From an uncultured Candidatus Saccharibacteria bacterium (GTDB lineage Bacteria; Patescibacteriota; Minisyncoccia; Minisyncoccales; CG1-02-41-26), in contig CAZOJF010000001.1 in assembly GCA_964580085.1 (NCBI GenBank), positions 1,607 to 65,606 of the forward strand: DNA of 64,000 bases. Direction: 5' to 3'. Positions within the stretch are counted from its first letter, which is position 1; every line of letters begins with the position of its first letter. The notes under the pieces are model-generated. The model was given only the letters and a program-made list of their open reading frames with translations. It made no database searches and was not told where the DNA came from. The position numbers were made by a program, and so were the translations under genes. Shown in pieces: positions 56,770 through 64,000 of this stretch.

Positions 56770-58103
56770 TATTCCCGATGAGGGATAATTACTGCACTTT
56801 GAGGCAAATATTCTTCGCAATTTGCTGAGCCATAACATTTCTGATAAATAGTTGTTCCCTTTAAATTATCTACGTCTTCTGAAAACTGCTCAAAGGGTCG
56901 ACAATATCCTCTAAGAATATATTCCTCTTCGGTATTTAAAACAACTGTGACATTGGCATTAATCGCTAGGGAATTCCAAATTTCTAACCCCGATTCTTCT
57001 CGAGTAACCCCAGCAACAACGTCAATTAGCTCTTCTGGTGGAGATTCGTTCCCTTTTTGTTTGATTTCATCATAAAATATTACTTCGCCATGCATTTTTG
57101 CAGTTTTAAAAATGGCAATCGAAGAAATTTTACCTTTTATGTTATCATTATTATTAAAATTTGGCGTAGAAGAAAGCACAAAATCACATTTTCCTCTATC
57201 ATCTTTATTGAAATTAGGTTTTTCGAATAAAATTACATAATAAGAACCTAAGCCTGAAGGTTCTGAAGAGAGGTCATCCACAATTCTTAATGATTTAATT
57301 TCATTATCAAATTCTTCTTTAAAGCTTATTTGACTTGTTTGGATAAATTTTGGACGGGGTGGATTATTAAACTCTTTGTCATATCCTTCTTCTTTATAAA
57401 GATAAACTCCTGGCTCATGCCAGAGTAAAAACATTGAACCCACGTTACTCACGTCTTGTGTTGTGCTTGCCCCTGTATTTTTTATTTCTTCTCTTGCTTC
57501 TCCTTCTAAATTTTTCTCATCATAGATGTACACAGAACATAATTCGTCTTTATCGGGGTTAGCGTAACTAATATCTTCTGGTTTATCGCTTATAAATTCT
57601 ATATGGTCAACCTCAAAATATTCAGGGATACTATTGAATATTGGATCACTGTAAGGTATTTTCTCTCCTTCTTTATCTACTAAATATATGCCTGATAATG
57701 CTTTTACATCCGGGACATTTGGAATAAGTATTCCTTTATTAATAATCCCTATAACGAACCAAGCAGAAAGCAAAAGCATTAGTCCTAATATTGATTCCCA
57801 AATCCATTTTTTAGCATCGTTCATTGCTTCAGGATTGCCAACCGATGTTACATAGCGGAAACCTCCGTAAATTAAAATCGCAAAAGCAAGAATAGTTCCT
57901 ACAATCATAGCAAGGCTGAAAAAGTATACAGCGTATTCTGATATTGTGGTTGAAGTGGTTATTTCTATTCCGTTTATTGGTGGATATTTAACTTCTAGCC
58001 CTCTTTTTTCTACGTCATCAGCAGAAACAAAAAGGTTAAATGAAAAACATAAAAGCAAAATAAAAGATAAGAAAAATAAAAAATTTAATTTGTTTAATTT
58101 CAT
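56769..58103 (-). CDS. Pilin-domain fusion protein, paralog B
   Basis: MKLNKLNFLFF...KRGLEVKYPPINGIEITTSTTISEYAVYFFSLAMIVGTILAFAILIYGGFRY... is nearly identical in architecture to paralog A. The C-terminal domain is also paralogous (SGIYLVDKEGE..., LLWHEPGVYLY). Confidence 0.55.
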   Translation of the reverse strand: MKLNKLNFLFFLSFILLLCFSFNLFVSADDVEKRGLEVKYPPINGIEITTSTTISEYAVYFFSLAMIVGTILAFAILIYGGFRYVTSVGNPEAMNDAKKWIWESILGLMLLLSAWFVIGIINKGILIPNVPDVKALSGIYLVDKEGEKIPYSDPIFNSIPEYFEVDHIEFISDKPEDISYANPDKDELCSVYIYDEKNLEGEAREEIKNTGASTTQDVSNVGSMFLLWHEPGVYLYKEEGYDKEFNNPPRPKFIQTSQISFKEEFDNEIKSLRIVDDLSSEPSGLGSYYVILFEKPNFNKDDRGKCDFVLSSTPNFNNNDNIKGKISSIAIFKTAKMHGEVIFYDEIKQKGNESPPEELIDVVAGVTREESGLEIWNSLAINANVTVVLNTEEEYILRGYCRPFEQFSEDVDNLKGTTIYQKCYGSANCEEYLPQSAVIIPHRE

Positions 58104-58131
58104 AATAACTAATTATTTATTATTTTATAAT

Positions 58132-59052
58132 CTAACTTCCTTCTATGCAGCAAAAGAAATTATACATTAAATCTCCGACTGCTTCCTGGCAGTCTAAACC
58201 GTCTTTGTTTTCCTTACATCTATTTCTTTGCTTTTCTTCTAGCCAATATTCACTATTATATGGGTAGCAAACTTGACTTGGGTCAGGCACAAGCTTGTCA
58301 AAGCATACTTCTTCTGGTTTTGAAATAAATTTATCAAATCCGGGCACAATAAGTAATTCAGCTAAACTTATTTTATCAAGAGCAATCATGCAGCTTAAAA
58401 GAGTAGCTGTTGCTCTCTTGTCTTCTAAAACTCTTGTGTATCCCATTAAGCAATTCTCCAATTTATTTCTAGAATCAGTGAGAGTTAAAATAAGTTTCCA
58501 TCTATTTAGGGGTTGATTTTTTTCTACCAAAGGACCTTCAGCATGAGCCAAATCATAAATATTCTCATCAGCCTTTATTATTTTTTTAAGATTATTTCTA
58601 ATTGCTGAAACAAAACCACGAGCTTTAGCCATAAGCTTGTTAAAGTTGTCACACCAACAAACTTTTACACAATTCTCACCGTCTTGATCGCAATCTTCTC
58701 TACATTCAATTTCACAATTTCCACATTTAAATTCCGTAGACATAGCAGTCAATTTATCGGCATTACTAATAGCGGCTTTAGTGTTTGATACTATTATATT
58801 AAGGTTTTTGAGTACTTCAGCCCCAAAAAACTCGGAGTAATCTACTAGTTCACCGATAGGTATCTTACCACTTTCAAAGCCGTTTTTTACTTCGGGGTCA
58901 ATTAAACATTTATATGTAATTTCTTGGATTAAGTCTTCTTCTTCTTGGGCGATAATATGTCTTTCTGATAAAAACAAAAAACCAAAAGACGTCAATACTA
59001 TCATAGTAGCGATCATAATAAAGTGTATTTTTAGAAATATATTTTTTTTCAT
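58132..59052 (-). CDS. Cysteine-rich secreted protein
   Basis: N-terminal TM. CGNCEIECREDCDQDGENCVKVCWCDNF and further Cys pairs. Start set at the internal Met (MKKNIF), which avoids overlapping the upstream gene. Confidence 0.5.
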   Translation of the reverse strand: MKKNIFLKIHFIMIATMIVLTSFGFLFLSERHIIAQEEEDLIQEITYKCLIDPEVKNGFESGKIPIGELVDYSEFFGAEVLKNLNIIVSNTKAAISNADKLTAMSTEFKCGNCEIECREDCDQDGENCVKVCWCDNFNKLMAKARGFVSAIRNNLKKIIKADENIYDLAHAEGPLVEKNQPLNRWKLILTLTDSRNKLENCLMGYTRVLEDKRATATLLSCMIALDKISLAELLIVPGFDKFISKPEEVCFDKLVPDPSQVCYPYNSEYWLEEKQRNRCKENKDGLDCQEAVGDLMYNFFCCIEGS

Positions 59053-59054
59053 AA

Positions 59055-60323
59055 CTATTCTAAAAGTGAACAATAAAAAGTTGCTGGATTTCCATCAAAA
59101 ACAAAATATTCTTTTATGTCTTTTTTACCTGTTGCTTGTACTGTTGCTTGAGTTGTTGTTGCTCCACATAAACGCCATTTATCGTTTAATTCATATTTAA
59201 TACAAAATTTCTTTTTAGGATCGTCTTCAAATTTCCACTCTATACAATTAAACTCTATGCAATATTTTCTAATATCTACTCCATCGTATTCTTCTTTCTC
59301 AATATTTTTATTCTCTTGCCTAAATTCAAAAAATTTAACTAAATTAAACGGTGTTCCATATCGGCATTTATTTTTTAATATAGATTCCACTTCTCTTAGT
59401 CTGTCTAATTCTTTTTTGTATAGATTCCTCATCTTAGTTATTCTGGTTAACCCTAAGTCTAAATATAAATAATTAGGATCAGTATTTCCATCTCCATGAA
59501 GTAGTTTATCAATTTCTTTTATTTTTGCATCTATTTCACCTCTAGGACATGGGTCAGGACCAGTACAAGGAGCACAAGATTGAGCATTGGTACAATCGCA
59601 TTTACTACAACTACATTGTGCATAAAGTGCAACTAAATCTTCGGCTAAATCTATTAGTTCTTCTATTTTTATCTTTAAAGCTTTATCTAGACGAGCAACA
59701 CAATCAAAAAAGTCGTGATCTTTCATCATTTTTACTCCGCCTCCTCCTCCACCACTACCACAACAACATGGACAGCCAGCAGGAGGATCAGTCATGTTTC
59801 CTTCATCATTATAATTATAGCAGTCTATATTTTTAGCCAAAAGTTGCTCTACTATTGTTCCTACCGGTAGTTCTTGAAATGTTTTTTTATCAACGGTTAT
59901 ATTTATTGAAGGAGTTGTTGTACTGTTTCCTGTCAAGTCATTAAAACGTATTTTTAAAATATCAGGATTAATAGCATTTAAAATTAGATAAGAACAAAGT
60001 GCAATAATCAAACCTAAAATTCCGCTTAAAAGCCAATTTTTCCCCTCATTATGAGCGGTTGGAGAATTGCCGGAAGTCAGAAAGACAAAACCGCCATAAA
60101 TTAGGACGGCAAAGGAGGCTAAAGCAACAATAATTAAAGAGACCTGAAAAATATATTTTACATATTCTGGCAGAGTAGCATCGTCGCTTAATCCCGGTTG
60201 CCCTCCAATTGCAGGATAAGTGGTTTCTAACCCTGTATCATCTGCAAAAACAAAAGACAGCGATGAAAAAGAAAAAACGAGGAGCAATAAGAATAATATA
60301 AATTTAGATTGATTCAATTTCAT
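59055..60323 (-). CDS. Pilin-domain fusion protein, paralog C (Cys-rich C-terminal domain)
   Basis: MKLNQSKFILF... signal, then EYVKYIFQVSLIIVALASFAVLIYGGFVFLTSGNSP...GILGLIIALCSYLILNAINPDIL (same pilin core). The C-terminal domain contains CPCCCGSGGGGGG and CSCSKCDCTNAQSCAPCTGPDPC. Confidence 0.55.
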   Translation of the reverse strand: MKLNQSKFILFLLLLVFSFSSLSFVFADDTGLETTYPAIGGQPGLSDDATLPEYVKYIFQVSLIIVALASFAVLIYGGFVFLTSGNSPTAHNEGKNWLLSGILGLIIALCSYLILNAINPDILKIRFNDLTGNSTTTPSINITVDKKTFQELPVGTIVEQLLAKNIDCYNYNDEGNMTDPPAGCPCCCGSGGGGGGVKMMKDHDFFDCVARLDKALKIKIEELIDLAEDLVALYAQCSCSKCDCTNAQSCAPCTGPDPCPRGEIDAKIKEIDKLLHGDGNTDPNYLYLDLGLTRITKMRNLYKKELDRLREVESILKNKCRYGTPFNLVKFFEFRQENKNIEKEEYDGVDIRKYCIEFNCIEWKFEDDPKKKFCIKYELNDKWRLCGATTTQATVQATGKKDIKEYFVFDGNPATFYCSLLE

Positions 60324-60621
60324 GTTGTATTTATGATATTTTACCACAATATAAATTTAAATAAAACAAATTGATTTAATAAAAATAAATAAGCGTTTTA
60401 AAACTTAAAAGATAAATTAAAAAATAAACTGAACATAAAAAAGCAAAATTTATTTGCTCTTAACTTGGCTTTTAAACCTTTAAAATATTATTCTTATTAA
60501 ATTTCCAAGTAAAATAGAGATAATCTTTTCTAAAAATAATCTTATTTTAGAATTTTAATATCAAATTTTTCAGGGAAAAAGAAAATAAAGTTTTTAACTA
60601 AAAAAGAAGAGAAAATTTAAT

Positions 60622-61056
60622 TTATTCTTCAATAGATTCCCTATAAGTATCTTTTTCTGATATATTTTTTGGTTTTTCTTTAATTCTCTCGCTTTTGTTG
60701 ATCTTTGATCTAATTATTTTTCCGCTAGGAGATAATTCAGTTTCATATAAAGAACCCAACGCTTTTTTAACGGGATAGAAAATAAATCTATTAATTTCTA
60801 AAGAAACTTTTTTGGCTATTAAAGGTTCTATATTTATTTCTTTTTCTAAAAAATTCTGTAATTTATCGGGAGACAATAACCCCATTAAACTGTTTCCAAC
60901 TAATTTGGCGATTTTAGATCTTTTTTCTTCAATTTTATATTTTTCACAAATATCAGAAATTTTTTCTGCTGTTTCTTCAGAAAGAATAGCTTCTTTTAGT
61001 TTTTCAGGGAGGACTTCAAAAAGCTCTCTGAGTTGTTTTTGATTATACTCTATCAT
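60622..61056 (-). CDS. Hypothetical protein
   Basis: 144-aa ORF. Charged. No motif. Confidence 0.35.
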   Translation of the reverse strand: MIEYNQKQLRELFEVLPEKLKEAILSEETAEKISDICEKYKIEEKRSKIAKLVGNSLMGLLSPDKLQNFLEKEINIEPLIAKKVSLEINRFIFYPVKKALGSLYETELSPSGKIIRSKINKSERIKEKPKNISEKDTYRESIEE

Positions 61057-61121
61057 ATTTTTTTATTATTATTTAATAATACCACAAAATAAAATTAAAC
61101 AACAAACAATTAAAAATTAAT

Positions 61122-61150
61122 TTGACAAAACCAAAATCTTGTGCTATTAT
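61122..61150 (+). promoter_or_regulatory. Sigma70-like promoter (TTGACA-17 nt-TATTAT) upstream of the gene at 61213
   Basis: TTGACAAAACCAAAATCTTGTGCTATTAT. It lies about 45 nt upstream of the AGGAGG Shine-Dalgarno sequence at 61198-61203. Confidence 0.45.
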
Positions 61151-61212
61151 TCAAGTAGAAAATAAGCAGTAAATTAAAAATAAAAAATAAAGAAAAATAG
61201 GAGGTGTATAGA

Positions 61213-62493
61213 ATGCTTATTTGGTTTTTAGGAGTTATTGGGTGGATCGTAGGTACAATTATGGTTGGTCAGATTGTCTTCTGGGTGGGATTATTAATAA
61301 TATCAATTTTTTCACTTCTTCTCGTCTATTTTAATTTAGCCCCAAGAGATATGTGTTTTACTTTTGTAAAAGAAGGGACGGGGATAATAGTGATGAGAGG
61401 TGGCAAATTTGATAAAATAATAATCTCTTGGAAAGGATACATTATAGACTCAAATACTGGGAATATAATAAAAGTTCCGAATGCTAGAATAGAGCTTTTT
61501 GGAGGGCTTAAGTTTTATGGAATTTATCCTTTTCAAAAAATAGGACATTATCAGCAAAGATGGTCCCACTTGATTGAAGATGGGACAGTAAAAAAGCACG
61601 ATGAAGAGTTATACTATGTCTTACTGAAAACCGATTATTATGTTTTTGAACTGCCTATCACGGATAGCAATTCGGCAGAGGACATCAACGGGGTACCTAT
61701 CTATGTTAAGCTTGTCGTTCCTATAAGGGTTGTTAACCCTTATGAGGCAATTTTCCGTCCTCAGAGATGGTTAGCAGCAATAAGTGGGACAATTAAACCA
61801 GTCCTCAAACGTTTTGTAGCGAAATTTCGCTATAAAGAAGACTTGCTTGATATGCGGGCTGGAAAAGGCATAGAAGATATCCAAAAGGATAAAGGCATAA
61901 TCCAAAAGGATAAAGACATAACAGAGAGACAAGCTAATGGGGAAATTATTTCCGAGAATAAAATGGGAGATGATTTGAAAGTTCAGTTCTGGGAAGAGCT
62001 TAAAAAAGTTTTTCCAGAGGGGCAGATCCAAAAAGGAGGACAAGGCAACGAATGCCTTATAATTTATGGGACTTTACTCCAAAAAAAAGGAACAGACATT
62101 TTTGAGATAGATACGTCTGAGGAATACAAAAAAATGGTGACCGCAGAATACGAAGCAACTCAAAAAGCGAAAATGACTGTAATTGAAGGAGAAGCAAAAG
62201 GTAAAGCTACTACTAATAGAATTATAAGTCCTGTTTGGAACATTGCGAAACAACTAGCTGGGATTACAAAGCAAGATAGGAAATTAACTAGAAAAGAAAA
62301 ACAGAAAATTTCTTCCTATACACAAGAAGCATGGTCAAATTTCTTAGAAAATAAGTCTATTGAATCTATCAAGCCGACAGATAAAGTTATTGTAACCGAA
62401 GGCAAGGGAATTGGTCAAACAGTTGGCAGAGACACAGTAAGAGAAGAAGTTAGAAAGAAAATTTCTGAAAAAAATAGAAAAGTAGAAGAATAA
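61213..62493 (+). CDS. Hypothetical membrane-anchored protein
   Basis: Two N-terminal TM helices, then a soluble domain. Start set at the ATG at 61213, 9 nt after AGGAGG. The ORF track's GTG at 61204 abuts the Shine-Dalgarno sequence. Confidence 0.45.
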   Translation: MLIWFLGVIGWIVGTIMVGQIVFWVGLLIISIFSLLLVYFNLAPRDMCFTFVKEGTGIIVMRGGKFDKIIISWKGYIIDSNTGNIIKVPNARIELFGGLKFYGIYPFQKIGHYQQRWSHLIEDGTVKKHDEELYYVLLKTDYYVFELPITDSNSAEDINGVPIYVKLVVPIRVVNPYEAIFRPQRWLAAISGTIKPVLKRFVAKFRYKEDLLDMRAGKGIEDIQKDKGIIQKDKDITERQANGEIISENKMGDDLKVQFWEELKKVFPEGQIQKGGQGNECLIIYGTLLQKKGTDIFEIDTSEEYKKMVTAEYEATQKAKMTVIEGEAKGKATTNRIISPVWNIAKQLAGITKQDRKLTRKEKQKISSYTQEAWSNFLENKSIESIKPTDKVIVTEGKGIGQTVGRDTVREEVRKKISEKNRKVEE

Positions 62494-62505
62494 AATAAAT
62501 TAAGC

Positions 62506-62540
62506 AAAAAGGGGATGTTGTGCAACATCCCCTTTTATAT
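62506..62540. terminator. Bidirectional rho-independent terminator
   Basis: AAAAAGGGGATGTTGTGCAACATCCCCTTTTAT. The 9-bp perfect stem is GGGGATGTT/AACATCCCC, with A/T runs on both sides. It lies between convergent genes. Confidence 0.7.
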
Positions 62541-62552
62541 ATCTTTTTATTA

Positions 62553-64000
62553 TTAGATTATCTTGGATTCATCATCTTCTTCAACTTCTTCTTCCTCTTC
62601 TTTCTTTCCTGGAGAGAGGTTTTCACCTTTCGTTTTTTTTAATTTTTTCCATGCTCTCCTTCTACTAACCGGAGGAGTACCTTTATCTGGTTGATCCGGA
62701 TTTGTTGGTCCAGTATCTGTAGTCTCTTCATGCGATAAACCAGGCGTTTCTTTTCCATCTTGATTAAAATCAATCCCCAAGTTTTTCCCAGCATTATTAC
62801 TGATATATTTATGAGCGGCAGGAACATTCTCGCTGTAGTAAACTTCATTCGCCACATTATTTTTAAAGCTTTCAAAGAAATCATCTCCGAATTGTTTTGC
62901 CATTGCACTAATTTTAGATCCTTTTAAAGATTTGTGAAAAACTTCTGACTCTAGAGCAGTATTCATTGTCTGTTTGGACCATTTAGATATGTCTTTTTCA
63001 CTTGCAGTAGCTGCTAGTTTTTGAGATACGGTTTTGTATTTAATAATATCTTTTTCATCCATAAAAACTCCTGCTTCTTTAGCCAAATTATCTTCTATCT
63101 CTTTCCCAGTTTTACCGACTATTTTTTCGGCTATTTTTATTTCAGATTTGGCAAAAGTTTTAAATGAGCTTGGGAAGAGCTTAAGAGTGTCTCGCATTAT
63201 CTTTTCCTTATCTTTATCACCAAATCCAACTGCTTTTTCTATCTTATCAATATTCCCTTCTTCTATTATTGTTTGTAATGCTTGTATTCGTTTTGTAGCG
63301 CTAGGACTGTGTAATAAAACATTTTGTTCTTCAAAAGATTTTCCTTTTGCCAGCTCTTTTGCTTTCTGACCTTCTTCTCTCTCATGACGGGCGATATTGG
63401 CTGTCAATCCTCGTCCCGCATATCCTAATAGCCCTCCTCTTGCTTTTTTATTTTCTCCTCCCGTTCCTGTTTCATGTTTACCTATTCTCTTATTCATTAA
63501 TTTTTCGCCGATCCATTTTCTTGGTCTTCTTGTAGCTTTTTCTGCACCTGTCCCTGCTAATTTGGCTCCCCAAGGTATCGCTTTTCTAGCATTGGAAGTA
63601 ATGAAACTTGCCCCCATGGCTCCGGTTTGAAGAGATATAAAGAAGCCAGCGGCAAGGAAGGAGACAGGCACTATATAGCCCATTATTTTTCCCATTGAAC
63701 TCATTTCTCCTAGTAATTCACCCTGAAGCATTAGTCGAGTCATTTCATTCGCGAGATAAATAGTAAAAGCGGCTGGTATCCCGATAAAACACCATTGCAT
63801 AAATTGGCTAAGCCACATATTCCACATTTTTTTTGTACCTGGGAAAATATAACAAAAAAGAGCGAGAGGAGAAAGAATAACAAGCATCCAAAGAGCGATA
63901 TACCTGAAAAGAAAGAGAGCGGAGTAAAGAAGGAAAATAATCCCTGAAAAAAGACTAGACCCAACAAGAAGCAATCCTGTTGCCAGCATACCCGAAGGGC
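62553..64000 (-). CDS. Polytopic membrane protein with a charged, Pro-rich C-terminal tail. It is a possible VirB6/TrbL-like T4SS component, and the 5' end probably lies beyond the window.
   Basis: Several TM helices (LLVGSSLFSGIIFLLYSALFLF..., ILSPLALFCYIF...) and a hydrophilic tail (TGPTNPDQPDKGTPPVSRRRAWKKL...EEEEEVEEDDE). The reading frame stays open upstream of the M at 63989 to the window edge. Confidence 0.35.
   Translation of the reverse strand, partial: PSGMLATGLLLVGSSLFSGIIFLLYSALFLFRYIALWMLVILSPLALFCYIFPGTKKMWNMWLSQFMQWCFIGIPAAFTIYLANEMTRLMLQGELLGEMSSMGKIMGYIVPVSFLAAGFFISLQTGAMGASFITSNARKAIPWGAKLAGTGAEKATRRPRKWIGEKLMNKRIGKHETGTGGENKKARGGLLGYAGRGLTANIARHEREEGQKAKELAKGKSFEEQNVLLHSPSATKRIQALQTIIEEGNIDKIEKAVGFGDKDKEKIMRDTLKLFPSSFKTFAKSEIKIAEKIVGKTGKEIEDNLAKEAGVFMDEKDIIKYKTVSQKLAATASEKDISKWSKQTMNTALESEVFHKSLKGSKISAMAKQFGDDFFESFKNNVANEVYYSENVPAAHKYISNNAGKNLGIDFNQDGKETPGLSHEETTDTGPTNPDQPDKGTPPVSRRRAWKKLKKTKGENLSPGKKEEEEEVEEDDESKII

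Noticed and set aside
1-64000. CRISPR arrays, transposases, integrases, tRNA genes
   Set aside because: Visual inspection of the roughly dozen non-coding gaps over 60 nt found no regularly spaced direct repeats and no tRNA cloverleaf or T-loop signatures other than the tmRNA. No ORF shows transposase or integrase motifs. A short repeat could be missed by eye, so a computational scan (tRNAscan-SE, CRISPRCasFinder) would be decisive.

Overview
The window is a low-GC, gene-dense bacterial chromosome segment that contains the replication origin. Around the origin the order is rpmH-rnpA-yidD-yidC-jag on the minus strand, then DnaA-box DNA, then dnaA-dnaN on the plus strand. The gene content suggests a Candidate Phyla Radiation (Patescibacteria-like) organism; this is an inference, not a measurement. 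Supporting observations are very small stand-alone receiver proteins, type IV secretion and pilus components, many cysteine-rich secreted proteins and few biosynthetic genes.

Housekeeping content includes:
- aminoacyl-tRNA synthetases: glyQS (runs off the window start), ileS and argS
- recO
- smpB, immediately followed by a clearly recognisable tmRNA (ssrA) whose 5' acceptor strand overlaps the smpB stop codon
- the infC-rpmI-rplT operon
- glmS
- an Elp3-type radical SAM/GNAT protein
- rpsT/holA
- a class A penicillin-binding protein (PBP)
- yebC and tsaE

Notable accessory content:
1. A 926-aa PHP-domain protein of the EndoQ/TIGR00375 type is interrupted, inside its conserved NSDAH motif, by a canonical 513-aa intein with two LAGLIDADG motifs (16216..17754).
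2. A type IV secretion-like module (PrgI/VirB3-like, VirB4-like ATPase, possible VirB6-like protein at the window end) is flanked by several large cysteine-rich secreted proteins that share a C-x2-N-C-x-P-x-C-V-D-x-x-C-Y motif.
3. Three tandem paralogous genes encode an N-terminal TrbC/VirB2-like pilin core fused to a ~300-aa C-terminal domain. They lie near a PilB/GspE-like ATPase.
4. A signal-transduction cluster is split into separate polypeptides: a stand-alone PocR sensor domain, a HAMP membrane protein, a soluble PAS histidine kinase and three receiver-only proteins. A 5'-3' exonuclease gene sits inside this cluster.
5. A small island holds a LOG/TIGR00725 protein, an AbiEii-like nucleotidyltransferase and a GNAT protein.
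6. A promoter-plus-helix-enclosed ~125-nt candidate ncRNA lies at 52543..52670.
7. A tandem 27-nt repeat at 50280..50460 encodes a poly-Glu acidic ORF.

No CRISPR array, transposase, integrase or tRNA gene was recognised. All calls come from reading the sequence and ORF translations by eye; no database searches were run.
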